In this document: positions 20,601-33,805 of the stretch, piece after piece
Layout of the letters: every line of letters starts with the position of its first letter
Numbering within the stretch: position 1 is the stretch's first letter
Source: Lama guanicoe
Lineage: Eukaryota
Assembly (NCBI GenBank): GCA_013239625.1
Contig: MU054338.1
Location: forward strand, 5,060,724-5,124,723
Direction: 5' to 3'
DNA: 64,000 bases
Position numbers and translations under genes: made by a program
Notes under the pieces: generated by a model
The model's database searches: none
Seen by the model: the letters and a program-made list of their open reading frames with translations, nothing else
What the model was told of the DNA's origin: nothing

Positions 20601-22758
20601 GACCTAATTAAGGGCTTGCCACCTGGATAACCACGTTTCACACATGGCCTCCTTTGATGCTCCGCACAACCTGGTGAAGTCTGTGCCACGATTATCTCCA
20701 TCTCTCAGGTGAACAAACAGGTTCAGAGACTCTAAGCCACCTTCCCAAAGTGGGGAAGGAGGTAAGTACTAGAGTCAGGATTTGAACTTAAGTGACTAAA
20801 TAATTATGCTGCTGTGGCTGGGAAGAGTGGGGAGAGAGAGGAAAAGAAGGAAGGAGGGAGGAATTGAGGGAGAAAAGGAAAAGAAAGACACATCCTATAA
20901 TTAACATTCTGGCCAAATACTGCCAATTTTGTTATATGGTCTAATTCAGTAGCAGCGCATGCTGGGTACCGGCCTTGGTGTCTGAGATGCATAGCACATG
21001 TAATGTTCCCAGCCACCCTATGAGGTAAATGCTTTTGTTACCGATGCTGTCTTGTGGAGGAAGGATATGAAGCACAGAGAGGTTAAGCAACTTCCCAAGA
21101 TCACACAGCTCACAAATGACAGAGCCAGGATTTGAACCCAGGCAGCGTGGGTCCTGAGTCTGCAGCCCACACCCCTCTGCACCTCACCTTATATTGACAG
21201 AGACTTCTTGACACATCACACACCCTGCTCTTCCTCTCTCAGATGTGTCCCCTGATCCTTAACCCCCTCCCCGTTCTTAGTAGGGGACCTCCTAACGCCA
21301 AACTCCTGGATGGGCTGCCTCCCCACCTCAGGCTGGACTCTGCTTCTCAGGACTCTCTGACACTCCCTGGCATTCCGCCTCCCAGCCCGGGCTAGGTCAG
21401 GCTGCCCACCAAGCAGGGAGGGGGCTGGCTGGGTTGTCACCAGACTGTGCACTCCAGGGTAGCTGGTACTGCTGTTGCCTCATCTGCCCTGCTGTGTCCC
21501 CAGCTGGAGATGGGAAGCCCTCAGTACATGTCTGCTGAACGAAGGACCCTGGTAGGCTGAGGCTGTTTGCTCTGGACCCCCAAATGTCCTTCTTGACCTT
21601 GATTGGAGCTAATTGTGGGGCCTTGAACCCACTTCCTGGTTTGCCAAGTGCCAGAGGATGAGCAATTTAAGGAGGAGAGAGTCAGTCCTGGGGTCTGCTG
21701 GGAGCACAAAGACAGCGGGAGTCCTGGGGGTGGGGACCTGGCGGGACAATAGGGGGATGTCATCTGGTCCAGGAGCCAGAGGTGGCCTGAGACAGTGGCT
21801 GTGAAGATGGAGAGAAGCAGGTAGGTTAGAGATGAGAGGACTGTGAGGATGGGAGAGGAGTGGATGCTCAGAAGATGCTATGGAAGATGACTGGAGTGTC
21901 TGTGTGGACAGTGGGGCTGTCCTAGTGATGGGGACACAGGAAGGTGGAGGAGAAAGTTTTGGAACAAGTCCTGCTGGCCTGCAGTGAGGACATAGGACAA
22001 GGTTTCAGATGGAGGGTGGGGCTGTGATGGAGTCTGGTGTTTCAGAGCTTCTGAGGTCTCTGCGGGCCGCACCCCAGCCCCAGTCCACACTGGTGCCCAC
22101 TGGCTCTTCGTGTCCTAAATGGGGCTCAAGGGCTCACATGGTTCTGGGTCCCTGCCAAGACTCAATTTAGACAAGAGGATGTTTTGGGGGTGAAGTCTCA
22201 CCCCCCAATCTGGGTGCTGGGGGGACCCTGTCACAGATCGCTCCCTCCCTCTTCCCCTCTGCGGTATAACCCACATCTCTCACTGACTTTAGGGGATAAA
22301 CAGGAAACCATGCGGATGTCAGCCACGACCCTAGGGTGTCGGTTCTTCTTTCGGGGTTGGAGATCCCTGAGCCTAGGGCTGCCCCTCAGTCATAGCCAGT
22401 CCTGGGTCCAGACTCTGTAGGAATGAGTCGGGGCTCTGCCAACGACCATAAACAGTTCCCAGGTGGGATGCCAGCCCAGCCCCAGCCCTGACCCTACTGG
22501 ACCCCAATTCGTCCCCCTACCCCAGCCCACCCTCGGTGCCTCGCAGATCCGTTCCCCAGCGCTGTAACGCAGAGCCTCAGCACCTGGGACAGAGCCCGGC
22601 GCTCAAGGCAAACGTGATGCAAGAACCTCGCCACCCCACCTCTTCAGTCTCTCCCAGTGTTTCGAGGGGGAGAAAGGAATGGTGCGTGACTGCGTGGTGG
22701 AAGAGGGCAGTGAGCGTGTCAAACCCGGGAGGGCTTCCAGGAGAAGGTGTCTCTTAAT

Positions 22759-22969
22759 CTGGGTTTCTCATTTTCGGCACTGTGGACACTGGTGCAGGGT
22801 GATTTCCCCATCATGGGGGCGCTATCCTGTGCATTGTTGGGCGTTCAGCATCGTCCCTGGCCTCCGCTCCCTAGTTGCCTATCTTTTACCCCTCTCCCTT
22901 CCAAAAATGTCTCCAGACATCAGCAAATATCCTCTGGGGGGCAGAATCACCCCCAGTTGAGAACCACTG
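22759..22969 (+). mobile_element. MER20 (hAT-Charlie) MITE
   Basis: Ends GGGGGCAGAATCACCCCCAGTTGAGAACCACTG, the typical MER20 terminus. Confidence 0.75.
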
Positions 22970-23189
22970 CTCTGAAGCATGATTTATAGCGGAGAAGGTG
23001 CTGGTTTCAGGCTTTCAACGCTCTTTTGCTGTTTCCCTCTGTCCGGATCTCTCTCACCATCTGCTGTCTACAGATCAATCACCTCTCCCCTCTTTCATTC
23101 ACTCAACAACCATTCATTGAGTCCCTACTATGTGCAAACAAGATAAAGCCCCAACTCTCTAGAGAGAGGAAGACAAAGATTTTTGGTTA

Positions 23190-23490
23190 TCATTGTAGTA
23201 AAAATATAAGTAACACAGAATTTCCCATTTTAATCATTTTCAATGGCAGTAAGTCCACTCTTGTGCAACCATCCCCACCATCCATCCCAGAAATTTCTCC
23301 TCTTCTCAAACTGAAACTCTGTCCCCGTTAAACGCTAAATCCCCACCCCCCCCCCCAGCCCCTGGCACCCATCATCCTACTTTCTGTCTCTTGGATTTGA
23401 CTCCTCTAGGGACCTCCTGTGAGTGGAATCATACAATATTTGTCTTTTTGTGTCTGGCTTATTTCAGTGAGTGTAACGTCCTCAAGGTTT
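23190..23490 (-). mobile_element. Old L1 (L1MA/MB-type) 3' fragment
   Basis: AACTGAAACTCTGTCCCC..GTGGAATCATACAATATTTGTC. Confidence 0.7.
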
Positions 23491-24034
23491 TAGCAGAAAA
23501 ACAGAGTTGAACGTTCAGAAATCTGTGACAATTTTAGGTGGTGGAAAGCAGGGCTGGAGGTACCCGGAGGTGAAGCTGGTTTAGATTGCAGGACTCAGAA
23601 ACCTGGGGGAGACCACCCCTAGGGGAAGGAGAGGCCACTGCTGGATTTTTATCTAAATGTTTCAGCTGCCACAGATCCTCCAGTGGGGCTTTGCAAGCTC
23701 AGTATCATGAGCTGGCGCCCATCCCCTCACAGCCAGGGGAAATCCACGCTCCGCTCTCCTCTTCCAGAGGACCCAGGTCCCGGAGAGGGGCCAGTGGTCC
23801 TGCAGCATCCCCCACCTTGACGTGTGACTTACACGGACTCCATGGGCCTCAGTTTCCCTTGCAGAGGAGAGCACTGGACCCCTGGCCCCAGAAGCCCAGG
23901 GGCCACAATCAGCTCCTCCCTGGCAGGCCTCCAGCACTGTGGGGAAGTAGGAATTCCAAAGAACTGTGGTTGGGCCTGAGTGACAGCTACTGTGACTCAC
24001 TCGGGTGAGGGAGGTGGGGTGTGGGGACCCCAAA

Positions 24035-24630
24035 CACCCAGACACCCAGATACACACGCACACAGTCATGAAGTAGTGCAACACCATCACCCACAGCAAC
24101 ATACACACACCCCAACAGGCACTGCACAACTGAATCACAGACACATGCACAACACACACACACAGACACAACAGAAAAGCACAAACACACAGAGACATCC
24201 GTACAACACACACGCAAAGATTCAGACACACAGACACAACAGAATCCAACCACAGAAGCACTTGCGATGCAAAACCACACAAGCACCACGTGCACATAGA
24301 CAGGACCCAGAGACATCTACACAACACACACAGATACAGACCAGAGGACATCGCCAAGCCACACACACACACGACACATACACATGAATACACACAGACA
24401 CCGGTGCACGGAATCACAGAGGTACACACAACATAAACGCACAGATACAGACACATACAAGGGAGCTACAGATACGAGACACACACCCAACGTGCACAGC
24501 TACACACACACAACATAATCGTATGCACACTTATAAGTGCACAGAAACATACACAAATGCACAGACATACAGAGACACACAACGAAGGCAACACACACAC
24601 AGAAGTACATTCAGACGCGCACATACATGT
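24035..24630. repeat. Degenerate (CA)-rich tract
   Basis: About 600 bp of CACA/CAGA/CATA variants. Confidence 0.85.
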
Positions 24631-24869
24631 GCGCCCTCTGCCGGTCTTCTGCAGAGCTGTTTCAAAGGAGGGCTTGATGGACAGAAGCCGAGTCCTTCCC
24701 ATCAGCGGCCCTCCTGCTCACCCTGCAGACCTCAGTTTCCCCTCTGGAAACCTCTCTCCACCTCTGCACCACCGCTGGCTTCCATCACCCCAGTCTTTGC
24801 TGATTTCACCGTGTTCAGTCTCATGCATCTCCTGAGTTTCCTTTGTTCACACACTGACTCACTCTTATC

Positions 24870-26980
24870 GACGAAAAAAATTCACCAAGAGTCAATATAA
24901 GAAAGACATGGAAAAATTGATTCAAGCCAAATGGAGGGTTCTAACCTAGGAAACAGTCTCTGAGAGAGCTCTGAGGACTGTTCCGAAGAGGGAAAGGGGG
25001 AGGCCAGTATAGACATGATTTTGGAGAGGGGCTTCGTGCAATCAAGCACTTGTCTTGGTAGCAGGGTCCTGCTATTCTCCAGGGACAAACATCTTTTTCA
25101 TGGTCTTAGTGCTTTTCTAAGTAGGGGGAGACGCAAGAAACTGCCTTCCTAAAATTGTCTCCTGAAAAATACCTAACTGCCTGAGGGCCAGTTCTGCCAA
25201 TTTCTCCGGAGCAAAAAGTGCCTCGTTCTCATCTTCGCCCTGAATTCCACACAGGGTCACTGCAGGTCACTGACTGCAGCGGCTAATGACTCGATTCCTG
25301 CAGAACTGGATAGCAGGCAACATTCTTTACTTTAGAATCCTTTCTCTTTCAGCCTGAATGTCCACCAAAGTTTGGGAGGCTTTTCATGAGCAATCTGTCC
25401 CATGGTGCCCCATGGCAGGAGAAGACTTTGTTGATAGGACCCTCACTGTACTATTTTTTAAATTTTTTTTATTGACGTGTAGTTGGTTGATAAGGTTAGT
25501 TTCAGGTGTACAGCAAAGTGATTCTGTTATACATACACATACATAAATACACATATTTTCAGATTCTTTTCCAATATAGCTTACTAAAAGAAATTGAGTA
25601 TAGTTCCCTGTGCTATGTGGTAGGTCCTTGTTGTTTATTTCTTTTATACACAATGGTGTACATCTGTCAATCCCAAACTCCTAATTTATCCCTCCCCCCC
25701 TTTCCCCTTTGGTAACCGTAGTTTGTTTTCTATGTCCAAGAACCCTCATTATGCTATTACTGAATAAGACTCTGTTAACAGGAGCCAAAGCCTCTGGACC
25801 ACCCATCCTATTTGTCCGTTATGATCCAGGGAATGGTTCCTTCTTGTGGCTTCTCCCCATAGCTACGTTTACACTATTGCAATCATTCATCTTACAGGAC
25901 TAAACATTTGCTCCAACATTTCAAGTCGCCTAACCATGATCAATTTTACCTGAGGCTCAGCCACATATTCGGTAACACAAGAAACGATAATCTTGAAATA
26001 TAAGCAGATTACAAGTAAGTATTTCAGCTAAGAACTTCCATTAGGTGTGGCCCAGCACCTCCCCAGGTTTGCTGACCAGTCTGCTCTGCACCAGCCACGA
26101 TCTTTAAGGGAAATGACATATTTGTGTTGTACACAAAATCCACCTCAGACGTCTGCCCGAAAGAGGCAAGTGGTGGGTCATCGTGAGACAGGAGGGAAGG
26201 GGGCAGGGCGCAGCCAGTAAAGCGATGACACAGCAATTACCACCAAGATGGCGGGAGATTCAACTCCCAGTAGACCTTAAGGCCCGAAATGGCTGGAGAT
26301 TTGACTTCCAGCAGACCCTGAGCTTCATTTTACACATTGTAACATCCCAGCAAGGTGAATGACACACCCACAGGCACCATGACGGTTCCAAGGCTGACCA
26401 TGAAAGGTTTCAAAAAGTGGGCAGTGGCCCAGCTCCTGGGAATCCCAGCCCCTTCCCCAAAGTAGTTGGAATAATCCTGCCACTTGTTGGTATGTAAAAA
26501 TTAGCAACACTGCACCTCACGGGCACTCTCTCTCTCGCCTTCTGGGACGGCCCGCTCTCTGTCTATGGAGTGGGCACCTCTGAGTAAACCTACTTTTACT
26601 CAACGGTGGCTCGCTCTTGAATTTGTTCCTGCGCGAAGCCAAGGACCCTGACTTGGAGGAGCACGTCCCAGGGACTCAAGTGAGACCTGGGACACAGCCA
26701 TCCTCCCGCACTTGCCTTTTTTTCCTGTATCGATCGTGACCCCCTTACAGGACTGAGAAAAAAATGACACTTTTGAAGGCGTTACATGACCGGCTCCAGA
26801 AGAAGAAAATCGCTCTTTACGGGTGGGCGGGTATCCCTGCCGTTGGAGAGGCTGGTTACCCCAGTGCAGCCGCATAGCGCACACTGGAGGGGGGAGGCGG
26901 GCGGAGGCCAAGGGGCAGAGGAAAAGATTATGTTTATTTTGTTTTATCTTGCCCTAAAATGTGAATTTTTATTTCATCAC
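24870..26980. mobile_element. Nested ERV1-like LTR sequence with an inserted L1 3' fragment (about 25455-25735) and a second LTR (about 26120-26748, +)
   Basis: L1 tail TTTCAGGTGTACAGCAAAGTGATT. LTR R/U5 signature AGTAAAC..CTCTTGAATTTGTTCCTGCGCGAAGCCAAGGACC ending in TTACA. Boundaries approximate. Confidence 0.55.
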
Positions 26981-27496
26981 CATCATTCACTCACTCACTC
27001 ATTCATTCATTCAATGAGATGCTGGACACTGTCTTGGGCACTTGGGGCTGCTGTGGTGAATGAGCCGGAGAAAAATCTCTGCCCTTGGATCTGATGTCGA
27101 ATCTCAGATGGCGATGACTGCCAGGGAGAGACATAAAGCAGATAAGAGGAGAGCTGGCAGAGGTGCTGTTTAAATGGTGATGCAGGAAGGCTCTCTGATG
27201 TTTGAGCTGGGACCCCTGCAGGGGATGGGAGAGCCAGCCTTCACAGACCAGAGGGGGCTGGGGACCCCAGCAGAGGGAACCGCATGTGCAAAAGGCAAAG
27301 AACAGCCCGCAAGGCCCTGCATGGCTGCCGCCTTGGAGCCGCTGGGCTGGTGGTGCAGGGTGTGTTGGAAGAGCATTGAGGAGGCTGGTGTGACGAGCGG
27401 AGTGAGCCCAGATGCTGCCGCCGCCCCAAACTGAGCACAGGGATGCCTGTCATCCCCTGCCTCGTCCCCACCCCCACTGCCCACATTCCTTATCTT

Positions 27497-27590
27497 TTTT
27501 TTTTTTAATTCTTTTCAAAATTTGTAATAGTGTCCTAGGGATTGAACCCAGGATCTCAGACATGCTAAACACTGAGCTCTGCCCTCCTTC
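27497..27590 (-). mobile_element. tRNA-derived SINE (same family as 213-357)
   Basis: GGGATTGAACCCAGGATCTC..ACTGAGCT. Confidence 0.7.
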
Positions 27591-28429
27591 CCCCGACCCC
27601 TGCACATTCCTTATCTTTTCATGGGTCCTGCCTCTCCTCTTCCACGACTCCACCCCCAGTCACCATCCTCCCTCCTGGACAGTGGTGGCAGCCCCCTCTC
27701 TGGCAGACACATGACCACAACTTTCCCCAGCTTACAACCCTCCATGGCTCCCCCACCTGGAGTTCAAAGGCTTTACCCAGTCAGCCTCTCCAGTGATACC
27801 TCCCTCCACTTCCTACTAGATTCCCCAGGCACCTGAGAGCACAAAACTCACACCACTCTCTCATACCTCAGGGCCTTTGCACTGACAGCTCCCCATGCCT
27901 GGGGTGCCAGACTGGCCTGCAGTGAGAGTTTGCATGGAGGCCTCCCTAACTGCAGAGTTCGGGCCAGGGGCCTCCTCTGAGTCCCCCATCCCCAGCCAGT
28001 CCTCTGTATTCCCCTTACCCCAGCCCTGAGCTCTTGCATTAGATGGGCCTCGCCTGGGACCTGGAGCTCCCTGAGGGCAGGACCTTCCTGGAGGGACCCT
28101 GAGCTCACAGCCACATACGCCTCCTGCCCCGTGCTCCCCTTCTCAACCCTCACCCATGCAAAGAGCAGGTCCACAGGAAGAGGGCAGGTGCACGTGGGAT
28201 GGAAAGGGGCTGGCTCTGCGTCTTTGCCTCTTGGAGCCTCAGGATCTGGAGCCTGGCCGGTTCTGTTTTTTGTGTTGTTAGGGGTGGGGAGGGCCTGGAG
28301 AGGGGCCTAGGATGTATAGAACACAGAGGCTGGCATGTCCACCTCCTTCCTTCTGGAGAGCCTCCAGGCCCAGTGCCCACTCCCTTCAGCCCCTCCAGGC
28401 CCCAGCACACCCCCAGGGATCAGGGGGCT

Positions 28430-28820
28430 GAGATGGCCCTCCTGGGACTCCTGAGAGCATTCCAGGCCTGCGCTGGGACATTCTAGAGAGGATCTGTTTT
28501 CTTACCTTTTTCAGCTTCTAGAGGCCCCCCACATTCCTTGGCTCGTGGCCCCTTCCTCCATCTTCAAAGTCAGCGGGGTAGTGTCTGCCCATCTCTCTCT
28601 GACTTTGCTTCTATTATCTCCTTTCCTCTGACTGATCCACCTGCCTCCCTCTTAAAAGGGCTCTTGTGACGACATTGGGCTCACCTGGATAATCCGAGAT
28701 CATATCCCCAATTCCAGATCCTTAACCTAATCTCAGCTGCAAGGTCCTTTCCACCCTGTAAGGTCATATCTTCATAGGTTCCAGAGATTAGGATGGGAAC
28801 GCCTTTGAGGGCAATTGTTC
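28430..28820 (-). mobile_element. MaLR MLT1-type LTR
   Basis: CTTCTAGAGGCC..CATTCCTTGGCTCGTGGCCCCTTCCTCCATCTTCAAAG..GGATAATCC. Confidence 0.7.
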
Positions 28821-29944
28821 GGCTGAGCACCGCACCCGAGGAGGTGAAGTTCTTATTACTGTTTCCCCTTGATGGACACAGAAACTGAGCCACAGAGAGG
28901 TCAAGTCACACGCTCAGGCTCTCCCAGCGAGTGAGTGGCTAGCACGGGTCTAGACCGTGAACTTTCTGTGTGCATCTGCCAAACTCGCCCATACAAGCCA
29001 TCTGGGAGTGGGTCTGGGGACATAGGAGAGGCAAGAGTTGGGGGTGAGGGTGTCACGGTGGACAGGGAAGGAAGGGGCAGCCAAGAGCTAGAGGAGAGTG
29101 CTTTCCCGCCCTGGGGCCTTCCCCAGGCACCTTAGCCAACCCAGCAAGAGGCCTTGGGATGACAGGGGGTTTCCTGGGACTTGGGGGGAGGGAGACGGGA
29201 GGTTGGAAAGGACAGGCTACTCTGTTCCAAGGCCATTTCCTTGGAAAGTGGGGTGACAGATATGGCTGTTCCATCCAGGAAACCCTGGCTGGGCTCCCAG
29301 GTCACTTCTGACTTGTTGACTCAGCCCCAGAGAGTGGGGTCATCTGGTCACTCAGGGGGCTGTTGGTGGGGACACCTACTGGCAAAGAATGAGAGCCGTC
29401 TGGAGGGGCCTCTTCTGCCCCCAACCCCCTGCTTCCCAGCACAAGCCCCCTCGGAGTCTGGAGTCTTCAAGGCAGGCCCCCCTTTCCTCCCCCACCTCAG
29501 TCCTCAGGCTTTTCCAGAACATTCTACCTCCAATCTCACCACGTGGGCACATCACTTTCTGTCCCTCCTCACCTCCCCCTCTCCCTGGCCGACTGTGCAC
29601 CCCAGGAAGGCAGCAAACAACCCGAACCCCAACATTTCGTTATGACAATTTTCAAGGGTACAGAAAAGTTGAATTTTAGAATGAAAACCCATCCCGAGAT
29701 TCTACAATCAACATTTTCTATATTTGCTTTATTGCAAACCTGTTCATCCATCCACCCTTCAGTCTCTCTGGCTTTTCATGCATTTCAAAGTAAGCTGCAG
29801 GCATTAGCCCACTTCAGCCCCCTAAATACTCCAGACCCCCCTAAACACTCCAGCCTGCAGATTGTGAACCAGAGGCCGATGTTCGTTGGCCACTTTCCTT
29901 ACTTTTTTTCCTTCTGAGTAAAATGACAGAATGAAATGCACAGG

Positions 29945-30095
29945 TGGGGGGGGGCAGGTAATAGCTCCGTGGCAGAGCACATGCTTAGCATGCATGAGGT
30001 CCTGGGTTCAATCCCCAGTACCTCTGTTGAAATAAATAATTAAACCTAATTACCTTCCCCCAAAACTAAAACAAAAAATAAATTAAATCTTAAAA
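29945..30095 (+). mobile_element. tRNA-derived SINE
   Basis: TAGCTCCGTGGCAGAGCACATGCTTAGCATGCATGAGGTCCTGGGTTCAATCCCCAG followed by an A-rich tail. Confidence 0.85.
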
Positions 30096-30302
30096 ATGTT
30101 CTCCCCAAACAACCAGAGCCCCGACACGTCCCTGAGTATTGGGATGCAAAAGGGTGCAACCACTTTGGAAAATTCTTTGGCAGTTTCTTATAAAGCCAGT
30201 CACTTGTCTACTATCTGACCCACTCCCACTCCCAGGTATTTACTCAGGAGAAGTGGAAACCTGAATCATAAGATCTGTGCAAGAATATTCCTAGCAGCTA
30301 AT

Positions 30303-30601
30303 TGTCACGTCCAAGGTGCGGGGAGCAAAAGTGGGGGAACGTACATGACCCCTGCACACAGCCCCACCAGCAGGTGGGCAGGCCACCTAAACCACGCCTC
30401 CTGCCCACCCCACCCATCTGCCCCTTACCTCTTCTAAAGAGCCAGCTCTCCCCACCTCGGGCCATGAGCAAGGGCTCCTGTTACTTGTTTTGGCTCCCTG
30501 GTGCTGTAGCACGAATCCCAATAAAGCCTTGCCTGAATTTCTCATTTGGCCTCTTATCAACTTCTATTGATTAAAGACTCCAAAGACCCAGGTTGGTATC
30601 A
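30303..30601 (+). mobile_element. Short ERV1-like LTR
   Basis: TG start, AATAAAGCCTTGCCTGAATTT polyA/U5-like region, ends GGTATCA. Confidence 0.5.
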
Positions 30602-31117
30602 CCCATATGCCCCTTAGAAGTAACTCAACTCAACAAAAAACACTGGAATCACCTGTAATAAACATAAAGGTTTATTAAACTCCTATGGGTGTTAAAACAC
30701 CCATAGCATGGCAATCACCGCTGGAGCTCTAACTGTAACCGTCCGCTCACCTAACAGCACAAACATGGAATTCACCCTCACTAGGGGGGCCAAATGCCTC
30801 TGTTTTCCTTGAGCAGGGCTGGTCTGCACTTGTCCCAGGTATAATTCTTTTTAAAAATTATTTTAAAAATCTATTTTATTGAAATATAATGTATATGCAA
30901 TAAAATTCACCAATTTATCACATTAACTGGGTTGATGTCTATCCAAAAAAAAAAAAAAAGGAAAAAAACAGAAAATAACAAATGTTGGCGAGGATGTGAA
31001 GAAATTGGAACCCTTGTGCTTTGCCGGTGGAATGTAAAATGGTGTGCTCTGGTAAAAGGTCCCAGGTCCCAGCCTGGGTCACAGGCTCTTACAGATGTGT
31101 TAAAGAGATGTTAAAGG

Positions 31118-31247
31118 TGGGGAGTGTGTAGCTCAGGGGCAGAGTGCATGCTTAGCATGCATGAAGTCCTGGGTTCAATCCCCAGTCCCTCCATTAAAAA
31201 AAATAGATAAATAAACCTAATTACCTTGCCCAAAACAAGCAAACAAA
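31118..31247 (+). mobile_element. tRNA-derived SINE with a 17-bp TSD
   Basis: TSD TAAAGAGATGTTAAAGG (31101-31117) / TAAAGATATGTTAAAGG (31248-31264). Confidence 0.9.
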
Positions 31248-31322
31248 TAAAGATATGTTAAAGGACTACCACAGATGGCCGCTGTGTTAGAGGCAGATAT
31301 AGGTGAGCTCCAGGTAAGCATC

Positions 31323-32735
31323 TGTATTAGTCTCCTGTGGCTGCTGTAACAAATGACCCCAAACCTAGTGGCTTAAAGCAACATCAATTCATTATCCCCC
31401 AGTTCTGGAGATCAGAAGTCTGACCCCAGTCTCCCTGGTGCAAAGTCAAGGTGTCAGCAGAGCGGCATCCTTCTGAAGGCTTAGAGGGGGGCATCTGTTG
31501 CCTTGCCTTTCATTGTTGTTAAGACTATTTTTTAAGAGCAGTTTTAGGTACACAGCAAAATTGAGCAGAAGGCAGAGACTGCCCATATATCCCCTGCACC
31601 CACACACGCAGGCACAACCTCCGCCTTTATCAGCATCCCTCACCAGAGCTGTATCTTTGCTACAACTTATGAAACTTCATCGACATATCATAATCAACCA
31701 AAGTCCATAACTGACATTAGGGTTCACTCTTGGTGGTATATATTCTATGGATTTGGACGAATGTATAATATATCCACCCTTATGGTCTCACACAGAATAA
31801 TTTCACTGCCCTAAAAGTCCTCTGTGCTCTGCCCCTTCATCCCTCCCTCCCCACTAATCCCGGGCAACCACTGATCCTTTTACTGTCTCCATAGCTTTGC
31901 CTTTTCCAGAATGCCAAAGAGCTGGAGTCATGCAGTATGTACACAGCCTCTTCAGATCAGCTCCTTTCACCCAGTGATGTGCATTCAAGTTTCCTCCATG
32001 TCTCTTCATGGCTTGATAGTTATTTCTTTTTATCATTAATATTCTATTGTCTGGATGGACCACAATTTTTTTTATCCATTCAACTACTCAAGGACATTGC
32101 TTGCTTCCAAATTTTGGCAATTATGAATAAAGCTGCTATAAATATCCATGTGCAGGCTTTGGTGTGGACATAAATTTTCAATTCCTTTGGGTGAAGAACA
32201 AAAGTGTTGGATTACTGGATCATATCATAAGATGTTTAGTTTGGTAAGAAAATGCCAAAATATCTTTCAAAGTGGGAGAACCATTCTGCATTTCCATCAG
32301 TAATGAATGAGAGTTCCTGTTGCTCTACATCCTCACCAGCATTTGGTGTCGTCAGCGTTCCAGATGTTGGTCATTCTCATAAGTATGTGGTGGTTTTCCT
32401 CGCTTTTTCCAGTTCCAAAGGCCGCCCACATCCTTGGCTCGTTGTCCTTTCCTCCACCTTTGAAGCCAGCAGCAGAGAATCTGGTCCTTCTTGTAACATG
32501 TCTCTCTCATCATTCTGTAGTCACATCTCTCTCCCTGCGTCTCCCCGCATCCCTCTTTCACTTTTAAGGATCCTTGTGATGACATCGGGTCCATCCAGAT
32601 AATCCAGGACAATCTCCCCACCTCAAGGCCCTTAATTTCATCACATTTACAAAGTCCCTTTTGTCATGGAAGGTAACATATTCATAGGTTTGTGAGATCA
32701 AGGCATGGACATCTTTGTGGGCACCAGCACTCTGT
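31323..32735 (-). mobile_element. MLT1 LTR split by an L1MC-type fragment (about 31515-32395)
   Basis: MLT1 start TGTATTAGTCTCCTGTGGCTGCTGTAACAAAT, resuming at about 32400. The intervening sequence has L1 3' motifs (TTTTGGCAATTATGAATAAAGCTGCTATAAA). Confidence 0.65.
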
Positions 32736-33805
32736 TGGCTATAGGGTTATCACGGTGTTTTCAGCAATGCTGTTGTGTCCCAGGGAAATGCCAGGTGTTT
32801 TCCAATTTAATGAGGCTCTCTCAGCCCCCAGGGTCTCCAGGAAAGGAGGTCTGTGTTTGAGACTGCTGACCTGGCTCAGCCAGGCTTGTGGAGAAACCTC
32901 CACATATAGGCTTTCTGTCCACCTGTCAGCCTTTAGAATATAATCTTCCTGGCAAGACTGATTCTCCAGGAAAACAAAAGCCAAACATCTGTTCCAGGAT
33001 GAGGGTTAGGCCCCAGGGACTCTTTCTTCTCAAGAAGGTTTGATCTTGGAGAGGGGAGGGACTGGGGCCAAGAAGCCAGAGAGGGGGGAACTTGACCCTG
33101 ACCCCTTCATTCAGGGTCTTCACGTGTCTGCCTGATGCTGGCAGGTTAGAACCAGATGGCCAGGAATCCGTGTCTGTGCGCTGACAAGGAGTGCAGAGAG
33201 CATAACGAGTGTCTTTAGGCCAGCCACCCTGCTCTCTTGAGCCCTGGACCCCAGTGTTTGAGCCTGGGGTACCAGGGGCCAGAGGGCTTGCTCTGGCCAG
33301 AGCCAGGTCTTTGGAAAATCCTGAGGTGGCTTCTGTTTAACTCTGGGGACCCTTTCTTCTGCCTCAGCCGCAGCCAGCTCTCACTTAGCTGCATCCTCAG
33401 GAGAGATGCTGGGGCCACTTCCACCCACCTGTGCACCTGTCTGTCACTCCAACCCATCAGGCGCTCGCTGTTGAGGTTGTCAGTTGGGCTTGAAGTCAGA
33501 CTGTCTGCTGTCGACCTGACCGGCAGACGGTCTGACTGTAAGCCTGTCTCTGTTGCCCTCCAGTTGGCCAGGGGTCTCCATGTGGTTGTGAGTTAGAGTA
33601 GAAGAGGTGAGCCCTGCAGGCCATCATTAACTCAGCCCACCAAGCACTTAGGCCACTGGGCAGCTCTTCTAGCTCCTGCCTCACCTGTGAGGCTGTTTGT
33701 CAGCTGGTGATGGCTTGTGCTAGCCTGCACAATGGTACCCAAAGTTGCCTCTTAGATGGCAGCAGAGACTTGGCAGATGTGATTAAAGATTTAGAGATGG
33801 GGAGA

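Larger units (their letters stand above)
18950..21170. mobile_element. Cluster of MIR SINE fragments in FCER2 intron 1 and upstream
   Basis: Recurrent MIR core: CTGAGCCTCAGT..CTGTAAAATGGGG, CACAGAGAGGTTAAG..GGATTTGAACCCAGG. Confidence 0.7.

Noticed and set aside
23662..24900. 264-aa Cys/Val-rich and His/Thr-rich ORFs
   Set aside because: Translations of a degenerate CA/TG repeat.
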